This document shows positions 1 to 8,789 of a DNA stretch of 64,000 nucleotides, in pieces. The translations under genes were made by a program, and so were the position numbers. A model generated the notes under the pieces. That model was not told the DNA's origin. It made no database searches and was given only the letters and a program-made list of their open reading frames with translations. Source of the DNA: Obrimoposthia wandeli (Eukaryota); the NCBI GenBank assembly GCA_977020255.1, contig CDROCS010000546.1, positions 1 to 64,000 on the forward strand, given 5' to 3'. Positions within the stretch are counted from its first letter, which is position 1, and every line of letters begins with the position of its first letter.

Positions 1-2
1 TA

Positions 3-305
3 TTACGTGCTGAGCCACCCATTCGCCACGACGGGCTCGGCTTCTATGCAAATATGCCACAGCAGTTGGAAATCATGCGTTATCATTCGTTGATGGTTGA
101 TCCCGATACGCTGCCGGCGTGCTTAGAAATCACTTCGATTGTCGACGACCAGTTCGCCGATGACGATTTTGCGGCTTCGGCAAAGCGTGGCAGTGAAATC
201 ATGGGGGTGCGCCACCGCGAGTATCCGATTGAGGGTATTCAATACCACCCAGAATCGTTCGCCACTGAAGGCGGCAAGCAATTATTGAAGAACTTCTTGC
301 TCTAA
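3..305 (+). CDS. Class I glutamine amidotransferase, anthranilate/para-aminobenzoate synthase component II (TrpG/PabA type), 5'-truncated by the window edge
   Basis: Frame is open from base 3. Motifs HDG..F...P...MRYHSL and GIQYHPES are typical of TrpG/PabA. Confidence 0.85.
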   Translation, partial: LRAEPPIRHDGLGFYANMPQQLEIMRYHSLMVDPDTLPACLEITSIVDDQFADDDFAASAKRGSEIMGVRHREYPIEGIQYHPESFATEGGKQLLKNFLL

Positions 306-320
306 TTATTTAGCTTCTTT

Positions 321-352
321 TGATCGCACGGCGAATTCACCCCGTGCGATCA
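321..352. terminator. Hairpin between convergent genes, probable bidirectional terminator
   Basis: tgatcgcacgg (321-331) and ccgtgcgatca (342-352) form a perfect 11-bp inverted repeat. Confidence 0.7.
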
Positions 353-362
353 CATACTCTGT

Positions 363-1352
363 CTAATCAATCAGCTTTTTAATCGTCTCAACTAATTCAC
401 TGTTTACTTCACGGCTACCTTGAAACAAGCGCATTTTGTGGCGACGCTGGCCGGGTAAGCGAATGCTGTCCATCGATTCTAGCTTGGCAAAAAACTTTTC
501 TGCGTGCGCAGCCCAATTTTCGCCACCCATAACTTTCGGTGAAATGGCCAAAATAAACTCGCCGCCCTGCGGTGGACCACCATCGCCGTTATCGCCCTCT
601 GCCGCTTCAAAGCTAAAACCCTCCCCAACCATAGGTCCTGCCATCAGCTCGACCATCATCGCGATGGCCGACCCTTTGTGGCCACCAAATGGCAACAGCA
701 CACCTTTAAGAATCTCTTTAGGATCTTCTGTCAGCTCTCCGTTGGGGCCTAAACCGGTGCCTAATGGCACGCTGTGATTGTCGCGCGCGGCGATTTGCAC
801 TTCACCCATCGCCATCGCTGCGGTAGCCATATCAAATACGAGAGGAGGTTTTCCTGGGCGCGGCCAGGCAGATAGCGCTAGGGGTTGGTGCCCAGCAGCA
901 GTACCGCCAACCGGCACCATTGTATAAGAGACAGCAAAACCAGGCCCCGAACCGCGTTCTGCCAGTGCTTCTGTCTCGGGCCACAAGGCGGCAAAGTGAT
1001 GTGAATGAGTCAAACTAAGTGCGGCAATACCACAGGTTTCTGCCGCTTTCGCCAGCATCTCTACACTGCGGTTGATCGCCAGTGGCGCATGGCCGTTTTC
1101 GCCGTGACAGCGTACCAATGCAGGGGTAACTAGTTCAGGTTGCGGGTTGGCCAAGCCGTTTACTTTGCCGCTTTTGAGCGTCGCGACATAACCGGGTATA
1201 CGAAACAGACCATGTGAGGCACTGCCATCGCGCTCGGCACGCATCACCGTATCGGCAACGGCATCAGCATTGGCATGATCGGCGCCGGCATTGGTTAAAC
1301 TGCGGTAAGCTAATTGGTAAATTTCATCGAGCGTCAACGCTTGGGTATTCAT
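363..1352 (-). CDS. Ldh_2-family (malate/L-lactate/sulfolactate/ureidoglycolate/DpkA-like) NAD(P)-dependent oxidoreductase, locally scrambled near 880-950
   Basis: AERDGSASHGLFR, SHHFAALWPE, DMATA and PFGGHKGS motifs. ATG at 1352 follows aaggaaaggt. The conserved GTNP motif lies in a shifted frame. Confidence 0.8.
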   Translation of the reverse strand: MNTQALTLDEIYQLAYRSLTNAGADHANADAVADTVMRAERDGSASHGLFRIPGYVATLKSGKVNGLANPQPELVTPALVRCHGENGHAPLAINRSVEMLAKAAETCGIAALSLTHSHHFAALWPETEALAERGSGPGFAVSYTMVPVGGTAAGHQPLALSAWPRPGKPPLVFDMATAAMAMGEVQIAARDNHSVPLGTGLGPNGELTEDPKEILKGVLLPFGGHKGSAIAMMVELMAGPMVGEGFSFEAAEGDNGDGGPPQGGEFILAISPKVMGGENWAAHAEKFFAKLESMDSIRLPGQRRHKMRLFQGSREVNSELVETIKKLID

Positions 1353-1591
1353 ACCTTTCCTTATTTTCTGCAAATCCCTGTGCGATACGGTATTCAACGA
1401 TGCGTGGCGCAGAGGAGTCTAGTCCATTTTTTAACTGGAAACATATAGTGTTAATTGTACTTTGGCAACGCGAAACCTACCTCCCATATATAAAAGATAA
1501 ATAGCACCGTTACAAGGCCGTGAAAAATCACTGCTTATTTGCTGGAGTATGATAAAATTAACTCAATTTTAACGCTCTCGCTGGTAATTAT

Positions 1592-2228
1592 ATGGATCAA
1601 GACGCTCAACCTAAGCCTAAACGCGTATCACGCAAACTCTGAAACGAAAATACTGCTGGCCATGAAGATAACCATTAAGCGCAATTTGGCTTTCAGGGCG
1701 GCTTGAGTAGCCACGATTGCCGAACAGTCGGGCCTGACTAAGCAAAACTTACTTTATTACTTTCCATCCAAAGAAGTTCTCTACCAGCGTGTGTTAGAAA
1801 ACATCCTCGAGTTATGGATCGATAAAATGGCGCTGCTAGAACAGCGCGGTGACGACCCTAAGTCGATGCTCAGCAGCTATATTCGCGGTAAAATTGAGAT
1901 ATCACAAAGCCATCCTAACGGTTCAAAAGTATTCGCCAATGAATTGATTCACGGTGCACCTCGCTTAAAATCACACTTGCAAGAGCATCTTCTTCCCCAG
2001 CTTGAGGCCGATGTTAAATTGATCCGCACTTGGATCAGCGATGGTAAAATGGATGACGTCGATCCCTACCATTTATTTTTCATGATATGGGCTAGTACCC
2101 AGACCTACGCTGACTTTTCATCGCAAATCGAACTAGCACTCGGAAAACCTAAACTAGAAGAGCAGGATTTTGAGACCGCGGTGGAATTCCTCACGACCAT
2201 GATTCTCAAAGGCTTGGGAATCTCTTAA
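1592..2228 (+). CDS. rutR: RutR-like TetR-family regulator; 5' part (about 1640-1706) is frame-disrupted (pseudogene or assembly error)
   Basis: HTH VATIAEQSGLTKQNLLYYFPSKE from 1707. C-terminal FANELIHGAP and DPYHLFFMIWASTQTYADF closely resemble RutR. Fragments KILLA and AQFGFQG lie in different frames upstream. Confidence 0.8.
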
Positions 2229-2602
2229 CTCTCTAAAGGCAATATGCTTTGCGCTGAAAAACACGAGTAGTTCGACTACTCGTGAGCCTTAACCTGGGCA
2301 AGTACATCTCCTCAAAAATACGCTGACTTTTCATCGCAAATCGCACTAACAATTGGAAAACCAATGCTAGAAGAGCAGGATTTTGAGACCGCGGTGGAAT
2401 TCCTCACGACCATGATTCTCAAAGGCTTGGGAATCTCTTAACTCTCTAAAGGCAATATGCTTTGCGCTGAAAAACACGAGTAGTTCGACTACTCGTGAGC
2501 CTTAACCTGGGCAAGTACACCTCCTCATAAAATACGCTGACTTTTCATCGCAAATCGCACTAATAATTGGAAAACCAATGCTAGAAGAGCAAGATTTTGA
2601 GA
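2107..2602 (+). repeat. Tandem duplication, about 2.3 copies of a 213-214 bp unit (rutR 3' end plus hairpin)
   Basis: acgctgacttttcatcgcaaatcg starts at 2107, 2320 and 2534. Confidence 0.95.
2262..2284 (+). terminator. Hairpin after rutR (second copy at 2475-2497)
   Basis: cacgagtagt-tcg-actactcgtg, a perfect 10-bp stem. Confidence 0.55.
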
Positions 2603-2860
2603 TAGGGCCCAGCCCCCTAACCCAATGATGCTGAAGGTTGAGCCTTGTCAGCCTTTTCGAGCAATTTAGCCACTCGTACAGTATCTACCCCCTCCACTTC
2701 GATAACTTTGGCTAGCTTTAACGAGCAGAAATATAGCCCCCTAGATTTTCCCTCTCTGTGGCTCCTTGCACTTAATCTCACCAAACGCTTTGCTTAATCT
2801 TTAGCCAAAACAAACTAACTCATTGTTAAACAATGATATTAAATTTATCAAAATTAACTA

Positions 2861-2876
2861 TTGACCAACTGGTCAA
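2861..2876. promoter_or_regulatory. RutR-type operator, box 1
   Basis: TTGACCAACTGGTCAA is an exact match to the E. coli RutR consensus TTGACCAnnTGGTCAA. Confidence 0.85.
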
Positions 2877-2893
2877 GTACTGGATAGTATATA

Positions 2894-2909
2894 TTGACCA
2901 AACGGTAAA
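2894..2909. promoter_or_regulatory. RutR-type operator, box 2
   Basis: TTGACCAAACGGTAAA has 2 mismatches to the consensus and starts 33 bp after box 1. Confidence 0.7.
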
Positions 2910-3016
2910 ACTTTAGTTAAAAAGTAACACTGTAAAAACAACGAATAATAAATATAAAACGAGATCACTAACCGCCGTATTTTGCGGAATAGGATACTCG
3001 GTGTTGGAGAATTGGC

Positions 3017-4144
3017 ATGCTATCTATGGCACAGGCACTGGCTCTTGAAGGAGTGAGTGGCTCTGAACTCGATCAATTACGGCTACAAGCAAGCGCTGTG
3101 CGTGAATTGCACTGGGGCGATATCGTCACCTACTCGCGCAAGGTGTTTGTTCCACTGACCAATATGTGCCGTGACACTTGTACTTACTGTACTTTCGTCA
3201 AGCACCCAGATTCCCCCCTAGCCAACATAATGACCCCTGCACAAGTTATGAATGTGGTTGAGCAAGGGCAGAAAATGGGCTGTAAAGAAGTACTTTTCAG
3301 TTTGGGAGAAAAGCCCGAACGACGCTACGCGAAAGCCAAAGAAATGCTGGGGAACTTAGGTTACCAGCACATGACGGACTACTTGCACGATGTCTGCCAG
3401 CAAGTAATAGATGAGAGCGACATGCTACCTCACATCAACGTTGGCACCATGAGTTCAGACGAAATCCGTTTGTTAAAGCCAGTCAGTGCCAGCATGGGGA
3501 TGATGTTAGAAACCGTGTCAAAACGTTTACTCGTCAAAGGTAATGTCCATTACGCCTGTCCTGACAAAGTACCGCGTCAACGTTTACGTACCCTAGAGCG
3601 CGCCGGCAAGTTAGATGTCCCTTTCACCACCGGTATTTTGATCGGTATTGGTGAAAACTGGCAGGAACGCATTGAGAGCCTCATCGCGATCAACGAAATC
3701 CACCAGCAGTACGGTCATATTCAAGAAGTTATCGTCCAGAATTTTTGCGCCAAACCAGACACTGGAATGGCCAATGCTCCCGAGCCTGACCTAGATGACA
3801 TGTTGCGTACACTCGCCGTAGCCCGTCTTATTTTAGATCCCTCTATCAGCTTGCAAGCTCCACCGAATTTACAGGCCCGCTACAGCGCTTACCTAAACTC
3901 TGGAATCAACGATTGGGGCGGTATCTCGCCATTGACGTTAGATCACATCAATCCAGAGCGTGCCTGGCCGCAGATCGAGCAACTGGCGCAGGCCAGTGCG
4001 GAGAATAATTATCGCTTGCAAGAGCGTCTGGCTATTTACCCAAGCTATCAAAATTTACCCGAGCGCTATTTAAACGACAACATCGCGCATCGCGTTAGCA
4101 GTATTGCTCGCGCTGATGGCCTCGCAGCCGTGCAGTGTCTATAA
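3017..4144 (+). CDS. cofG: FO synthase subunit CofG (radical SAM)
   Basis: TYSRKVFVPLTNMCRDTCTYC (CxxxCxxC), SMGMMLE, PFTTGILIGIGE, IQEVIVQNF, GINDWGGISP. RBS ggaga upstream. Confidence 0.9.
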   Translation: MLSMAQALALEGVSGSELDQLRLQASAVRELHWGDIVTYSRKVFVPLTNMCRDTCTYCTFVKHPDSPLANIMTPAQVMNVVEQGQKMGCKEVLFSLGEKPERRYAKAKEMLGNLGYQHMTDYLHDVCQQVIDESDMLPHINVGTMSSDEIRLLKPVSASMGMMLETVSKRLLVKGNVHYACPDKVPRQRLRTLERAGKLDVPFTTGILIGIGENWQERIESLIAINEIHQQYGHIQEVIVQNFCAKPDTGMANAPEPDLDDMLRTLAVARLILDPSISLQAPPNLQARYSAYLNSGINDWGGISPLTLDHINPERAWPQIEQLAQASAENNYRLQERLAIYPSYQNLPERYLNDNIAHRVSSIARADGLAAVQCL

Positions 4145-4234
4145 AAGATGTACCCATGTTATTTGCACAGCAGATAGCGGCGCCAAAACAATAACAGCAG
4201 CTCGCTAATCACCAATGCAGCCATAGCGCACAAG

Positions 4235-5485
4235 GTGTTAGAGCAGCGAGAGAGGAAAGCCGACGTGAAGATTGAACAGATTCATAACAACACGACAGCA
4301 AATATCAACTGGCCGAGTGTCAGCCCAACCACTGCCGCTATTTTGCAAAGCGCACTGGCTGGGGATGAAGTGAGCGAAGCACAGGGTACTCACCTTTTTA
4401 TGTGTCTTGGCGATGATGTTAAGGCCATTACCCAGTGTGCCGATATTTTGCGCCAGCGCGCCGTCGGCGACAGTGCCAGCTACGTCATTACCCGCAATAT
4501 CAACTTCACCAACATTTGCTACATGGGCTGTAAATTCTGCGGTTTCGCCAAACGTAAAACCGCCGCTGAAGCTGAACTATTACCCATGGCAGAAATTGCC
4601 AAGCGCGCTCAAGAGGCGTGGGACCGAGGCGCCACTGAAGTCTGTATTCAAGGTGGCTTACACCCAGACCTACGCCCGGAACACTACCGTGAAATACTGT
4701 TAACCATTAAAGCTCAAGTGCCTGACATGCACATTCACGCCTTCTCGCCATTTGAAATTTGGTATGGCGCACTCAAAAGCAAGTTGTCATATCGTGAATT
4801 CATTCAAGATTTGATGGATTGTGGCCTAGGTTCAATGCCCGGCACCGCAGCAGAAATTCTCGATGTAGAAATTCGTCAACAACTCACTCGTGACAAGTTG
4901 ACCACCGCACAGTGGGTCGAAATCATTAGTACTGCGCATCAACTCGGCTTGCCGACAACGTCAACGATTATGTACGGCCATATCGATCAGCCCCATCACT
5001 GGTCAGCTCACATTGCGCTACTACGTGACATGCAAAAACAACACGGCGGTTTCACTGAGTTCGTGCCGCTAGGTTTTGTGCACTACGAATCACCACTGTA
5101 CACCGATCGTAAAAAGCTAAAATTGAATGTCCGCCCCGGACCTACCGAGCGCGAAAATATTCTGATGCACGCCGTGTCACGCATCATGCTCAACGGTTGG
5201 ATCGATAATATCCAGGCCTCTTGGGTCAAATTAGGTCCCGACTATGCCCGTCAAATGCTTAGATCTGGCGCCAATGATTTGGGCGGTACATTAATGGATG
5301 AAAGTATTACTCGCTCATCAGGCGGCACCCACGGTGAAGAAATATCCCCAGAGCAGATGCAGCAGATGGCACATGATGCTGGCTTATCGCCCTATCGTCG
5401 CAGTACTTTATACGCAGAATTAGAACGCTTTCCACTCACCGTGAATAACAATTTGATTGCCACCTCTCGCGGGGCTGTTGCATGA
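4235..5485 (+). CDS. cofH: FO synthase subunit CofH (radical SAM); start codon uncertain
   Basis: RNINFTNICYMGCKFC, EVCIQGG, HAFSPFE, SMPGTAAEIL, NIQASWVK, ANDLGGTLMDESI. Confidence 0.9.
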   Translation: MLEQRERKADVKIEQIHNNTTANINWPSVSPTTAAILQSALAGDEVSEAQGTHLFMCLGDDVKAITQCADILRQRAVGDSASYVITRNINFTNICYMGCKFCGFAKRKTAAEAELLPMAEIAKRAQEAWDRGATEVCIQGGLHPDLRPEHYREILLTIKAQVPDMHIHAFSPFEIWYGALKSKLSYREFIQDLMDCGLGSMPGTAAEILDVEIRQQLTRDKLTTAQWVEIISTAHQLGLPTTSTIMYGHIDQPHHWSAHIALLRDMQKQHGGFTEFVPLGFVHYESPLYTDRKKLKLNVRPGPTERENILMHAVSRIMLNGWIDNIQASWVKLGPDYARQMLRSGANDLGGTLMDESITRSSGGTHGEEISPEQMQQMAHDAGLSPYRRSTLYAELERFPLTVNNNLIATSRGAVA

Positions 5486-6441
5486 GCCAGAAAATCTTAT
5501 TATTAGCAGGGGGCGTCGGCGGTGCCAAAATGGCCGAAGGCTTATTGCACTCTAGCGCTGGCGAGCAATTCAGTATTTTAGGTAACATTGCTGATGATCA
5601 AGAAATTCACGGCCTTTGGGTATCACCTGACATAGATACTGTCACTTATACTTTAACCGATCGTATCGATCGCGAAAAAGGCTGGGGCTTAAAGAGTGAG
5701 AGTAATCGGACCTTAGATGCACTCAATACTTTAGGTGCTGACACGTGGATGTACTTGGGCGATCAGGATTTTGCCACTCATATCTACCGTACTGAACAGC
5801 GCAAAAAGGGACTGCGTCCCAGTGTGATCGCCGCCGATATCGCACAGAAACTCGGCCTCACTGTTCCATTGTTGCTACCCACCGATGACATCGTACAAAC
5901 CAAGCTTAATACCGATTTGGGTTGGCTCGATTTTCAAAGCTATTTTGTGCGTCATCAGTGCAGCCCACAGATTAATCATATCGTCTTTGAAGGAGCTACC
6001 CAAGCGAGTGCGACACCTGAGGCACTGGCGGCCATTGGCGAAGCTGATATTATTATTTTCGCCCCGAGTAATCCTATTGTCAGTATTGGGGCAATTTTAG
6101 CGGTTCCCGCTATCAAGCAAGCTATCGCTGAGAGTAAGGCTTATAAATTGGCAGTATCACCCTTAATTGGCGGTAAAACCGTTAAAGGTCCTGCAGATGA
6201 CATGCTACGTGCCAGCGGTATCCGCTGTGATTCATTAGGTGTGGCGCAGCACTATCGCGATTTAATAGACGCCATCGTGATCGATCAATGTGACAACCAA
6301 CTCAGTGCCCCCATCGAAGCGCTAGGTTTAGCCGTACATAGCAGCCAAACTTTGATGCAAAACCGTCAAGATAAAATCGCGCTAGCCGAATTTTTATTAC
6401 AGTGTGTCCCAAGTTCACAAACACAGCGGGAGGCTTGCTAA
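5482..6441 (+). CDS. cofD: Phospholactate/phosphoenolpyruvate transferase CofD (FbiA)
   Basis: LAGGVGGAK, SPDIDTVTYTL, LGDQDFATH, APSNPIVSI, VSPLIGG and KGPA motifs. ATGA overlap with cofH. Confidence 0.93.
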   Translation: MSQKILLLAGGVGGAKMAEGLLHSSAGEQFSILGNIADDQEIHGLWVSPDIDTVTYTLTDRIDREKGWGLKSESNRTLDALNTLGADTWMYLGDQDFATHIYRTEQRKKGLRPSVIAADIAQKLGLTVPLLLPTDDIVQTKLNTDLGWLDFQSYFVRHQCSPQINHIVFEGATQASATPEALAAIGEADIIIFAPSNPIVSIGAILAVPAIKQAIAESKAYKLAVSPLIGGKTVKGPADDMLRASGIRCDSLGVAQHYRDLIDAIVIDQCDNQLSAPIEALGLAVHSSQTLMQNRQDKIALAEFLLQCVPSSQTQREAC

Positions 6442-7136
6442 TGCGATCCGGTAAAGGCCTTTGCATTGTCATCCCGATGAAAAATCCACAAGACTCAAAG
6501 CAACGATTGCGTTCAGTGCTCGGTAGTAATGAGCGCCAATCACTGGCATTGATTCTGTTTAATCAAACTCTAAATTTTCTACGTCGGCACTTTAACACCA
6601 CCGATGTTCTGGTCGTGACTCCCTCACAGCGTATTGCTGATATGAGTCACAACCTTGGGGCTCGCAGCTTGCTGGAAGATGCATTGCCTAAACACGATGA
6701 GCGAGACCTCAACGGAGCGCTTTCAGGTGCTGCGCTGTGGTGCTGCGAGCAAGGTTATAGCAGCCAGCTTATTTTACCTGCTGACATTGTCGATCTCGAC
6801 TTTGTGGAGCTGCAACAACTCATTGCCGGAAAAATCACTGCCCCGAGTGTCACTATTTGCCCGGCAAGTGATGGCGGTACCAATGCACTACTCACGAGTC
6901 CGCCGGATATTATTCCCTTCAGCTATGGCTTCAATTCCAGCACACAACACTCTTTGGCGGCCAGTATTCAGGGGATAGAGCCGCGCCTACTTAAGTTGGA
7001 AAAACTCGCTTTTGATTTAGACACCCCGCGCGATTACCAAAGCGCCTGTGGCCACTCAGTTATTGGCAATTCACTGGCACAACTAGCGCAACACAGTCAT
7101 CAGCAAAACCGCAAACAACACAGGGCATCCCTATGA
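6441..7136 (+). CDS. cofC: Guanylyltransferase CofC (FbiD)
   Basis: VIPMK..SKQRL, PADI, GGTNAL, F.YG..S..H and DLDTPRD motifs. ATG at 6441 overlaps the cofD stop. Confidence 0.9.
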   Translation: MRSGKGLCIVIPMKNPQDSKQRLRSVLGSNERQSLALILFNQTLNFLRRHFNTTDVLVVTPSQRIADMSHNLGARSLLEDALPKHDERDLNGALSGAALWCCEQGYSSQLILPADIVDLDFVELQQLIAGKITAPSVTICPASDGGTNALLTSPPDIIPFSYGFNSSTQHSLAASIQGIEPRLLKLEKLAFDLDTPRDYQSACGHSVIGNSLAQLAQHSHQQNRKQHRASL

Positions 7137-7936
7137 ACTCACCTGCACAGATAGCCACCGAGGTAGAACAGGTACAGATGCTTGCCATTACCGGTATTCC
7201 AGACATTGTCCCTGGAGACGATTTAGCCACTGAGATCCTCAAGGCAATGCAAGGATTGTCACTCTCACTGCGCGATGGTGACATTTTAGTGATTGCCCAC
7301 AAGGTGGTCTCTAAAGCAGAGGGACGGATCGTTAAATTGGCCGATGTAACCCCCAGTGAGCAAGCATTAGAACTCGCGCAAAAACTCAACAAAGACCCAG
7401 CTAAAGTACAGTGTGTCTTAGATGAATCAACTCGGATAGTACGCGCCAACAAGCGTCCCGATCAGGATGAAGGTTTAATTATTGCCGAACATAAACTCGG
7501 CTTTATTTGCGCTAACGCCGCTGTCGATGAGTCCAATGTCGACCAACCCGGTCACGTTATTTTATTACCTAAAGACCCCGATCACAGCGCACGTCAAATT
7601 TGCGCTGCGCTTGAGCGCACCACTGATACGCAGATCGGCATCGTGATCACTGACACATTTGGTCGTCCTTGGCGCACCGGCTTAGTTAATGTCGCCATTG
7701 GTTTAGCGAATGTGCCGAGCAACGTCAACATGGCGGGTGAATCTGACGCTTACGGTCGTGAACTGCGTGTGACTGTGCCCGCATTGGCAGATGAGCTGGC
7801 CGCAGCATCTGGCCTATTAATGAGCAAAGAGGGTAAAAAGCCGGTGTTGTTATTTCGTGGTGTACCTTGGCAGCGTTGCCAGAGCAGCGCTCGCGATTTA
7901 ATACGCCCAGCAACAGAAGATTTATTTAGACAGTAA
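7133..7936 (+). CDS. cofE: Coenzyme F420-0:L-glutamate ligase CofE, single domain with no nitroreductase
   Basis: [30 protein letters not shown] and [10 protein letters not shown] motifs. 267 aa. Confidence 0.92.
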   Translation: MNSPAQIATEVEQVQMLAITGIPDIVPGDDLATEILKAMQGLSLSLRDGDILVIAHKVVSKAEGRIVKLADVTPSEQALELAQKLNKDPAKVQCVLDESTRIVRANKRPDQDEGLIIAEHKLGFICANAAVDESNVDQPGHVILLPKDPDHSARQICAALERTTDTQIGIVITDTFGRPWRTGLVNVAIGLANVPSNVNMAGESDAYGRELRVTVPALADELAAASGLLMSKEGKKPVLLFRGVPWQRCQSSARDLIRPATEDLFRQ

Positions 7937-7974
7937 GCAGTAGCAAACTAATTTCACACAGAGGAAAAATAACA

Positions 7975-8646
7975 ATGACAATAGCTATTCTCGGCGGAAC
8001 AGGCCCTCAAGGTAAAGGATTAGCACTGCGTTTTGCCAAAGCAGGTGTCGATGTCATTCTCGGTTCGCGCGATGCAGCGCGCGCCGCCGATATCGCCAGT
8101 GAACTCAACGCCGCTATTCCAGGTGCGCCCGGTACAATTAGCGGCAGCGATAATATAAGCGCGGTGCAAGGCGCAAAAGAACATGTTGTGCTAGCAGTCC
8201 CTTATAGCGCGCACAACGCCACGCTTAATGATATTAAAGCGGACTTGGCGGGCAAGATACTGATCGACATTGTCGTACCGCTAAAAGATGGCGACCCCAA
8301 AGCGGTCGACATGCCGGTGGAAGGTTCTGCAACTGAAGCCGCACAGGCGATACTGGGGGCAGACATTCCAGTGGTCGGTGCCCTGCACAATGTCTCTGCT
8401 ATTTCTTTGAATAAGCTAGACGTTCCAATCAACTGCGATATTTTGGTGTGCGGTAACAATTTAGCGGCCAAGGAGAAAGTGATCACCCTCGTTCAAACTC
8501 TTGGCGTGCAAGCCTATAACGTTGGCCCTGCCGTCAACGCGCGCTGCGTCGAGGCGATCACCCCGATCCTTATACGTCTCAACATTTCCAAGAAAGTCCC
8601 TTTCTCCCACGCTGGGATAAAGATATGTGCACCACAAGATCATTAA
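7975..8646 (+). CDS. npdG: NADPH-dependent F420 reductase (Fno/NpdG)
   Basis: [36 protein letters not shown] and ALHNVSA motifs. Located in the cof operon. Confidence 0.9.
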   Translation: MTIAILGGTGPQGKGLALRFAKAGVDVILGSRDAARAADIASELNAAIPGAPGTISGSDNISAVQGAKEHVVLAVPYSAHNATLNDIKADLAGKILIDIVVPLKDGDPKAVDMPVEGSATEAAQAILGADIPVVGALHNVSAISLNKLDVPINCDILVCGNNLAAKEKVITLVQTLGVQAYNVGPAVNARCVEAITPILIRLNISKKVPFSHAGIKICAPQDH

Positions 8647-8789
8647 GAAGCTTTTGATTTAAGTTTCAAAACAAACAATAAAAAACGAGTGCTGATTTAC
8701 CTCAGTTCTCATTTGTCTCGGTGCTGATAGATAGTCTTTCAGATGATGCTATCACGCCTCACTAACGAGAGTTTTCTCAGGAGTTAAAC

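Noticed and set aside
921-934. Tn5 end as a real transposon insertion
   Set aside because: Only 14 of 19 nt are present, with no partner end, transposase or target duplication. Library adapter is the more likely source.
4145-4234. cofG-cofH as a frameshifted fbiC fusion
   Set aside because: cofG has its own stop, the gap has further stops, and split CofG/CofH is a normal architecture.
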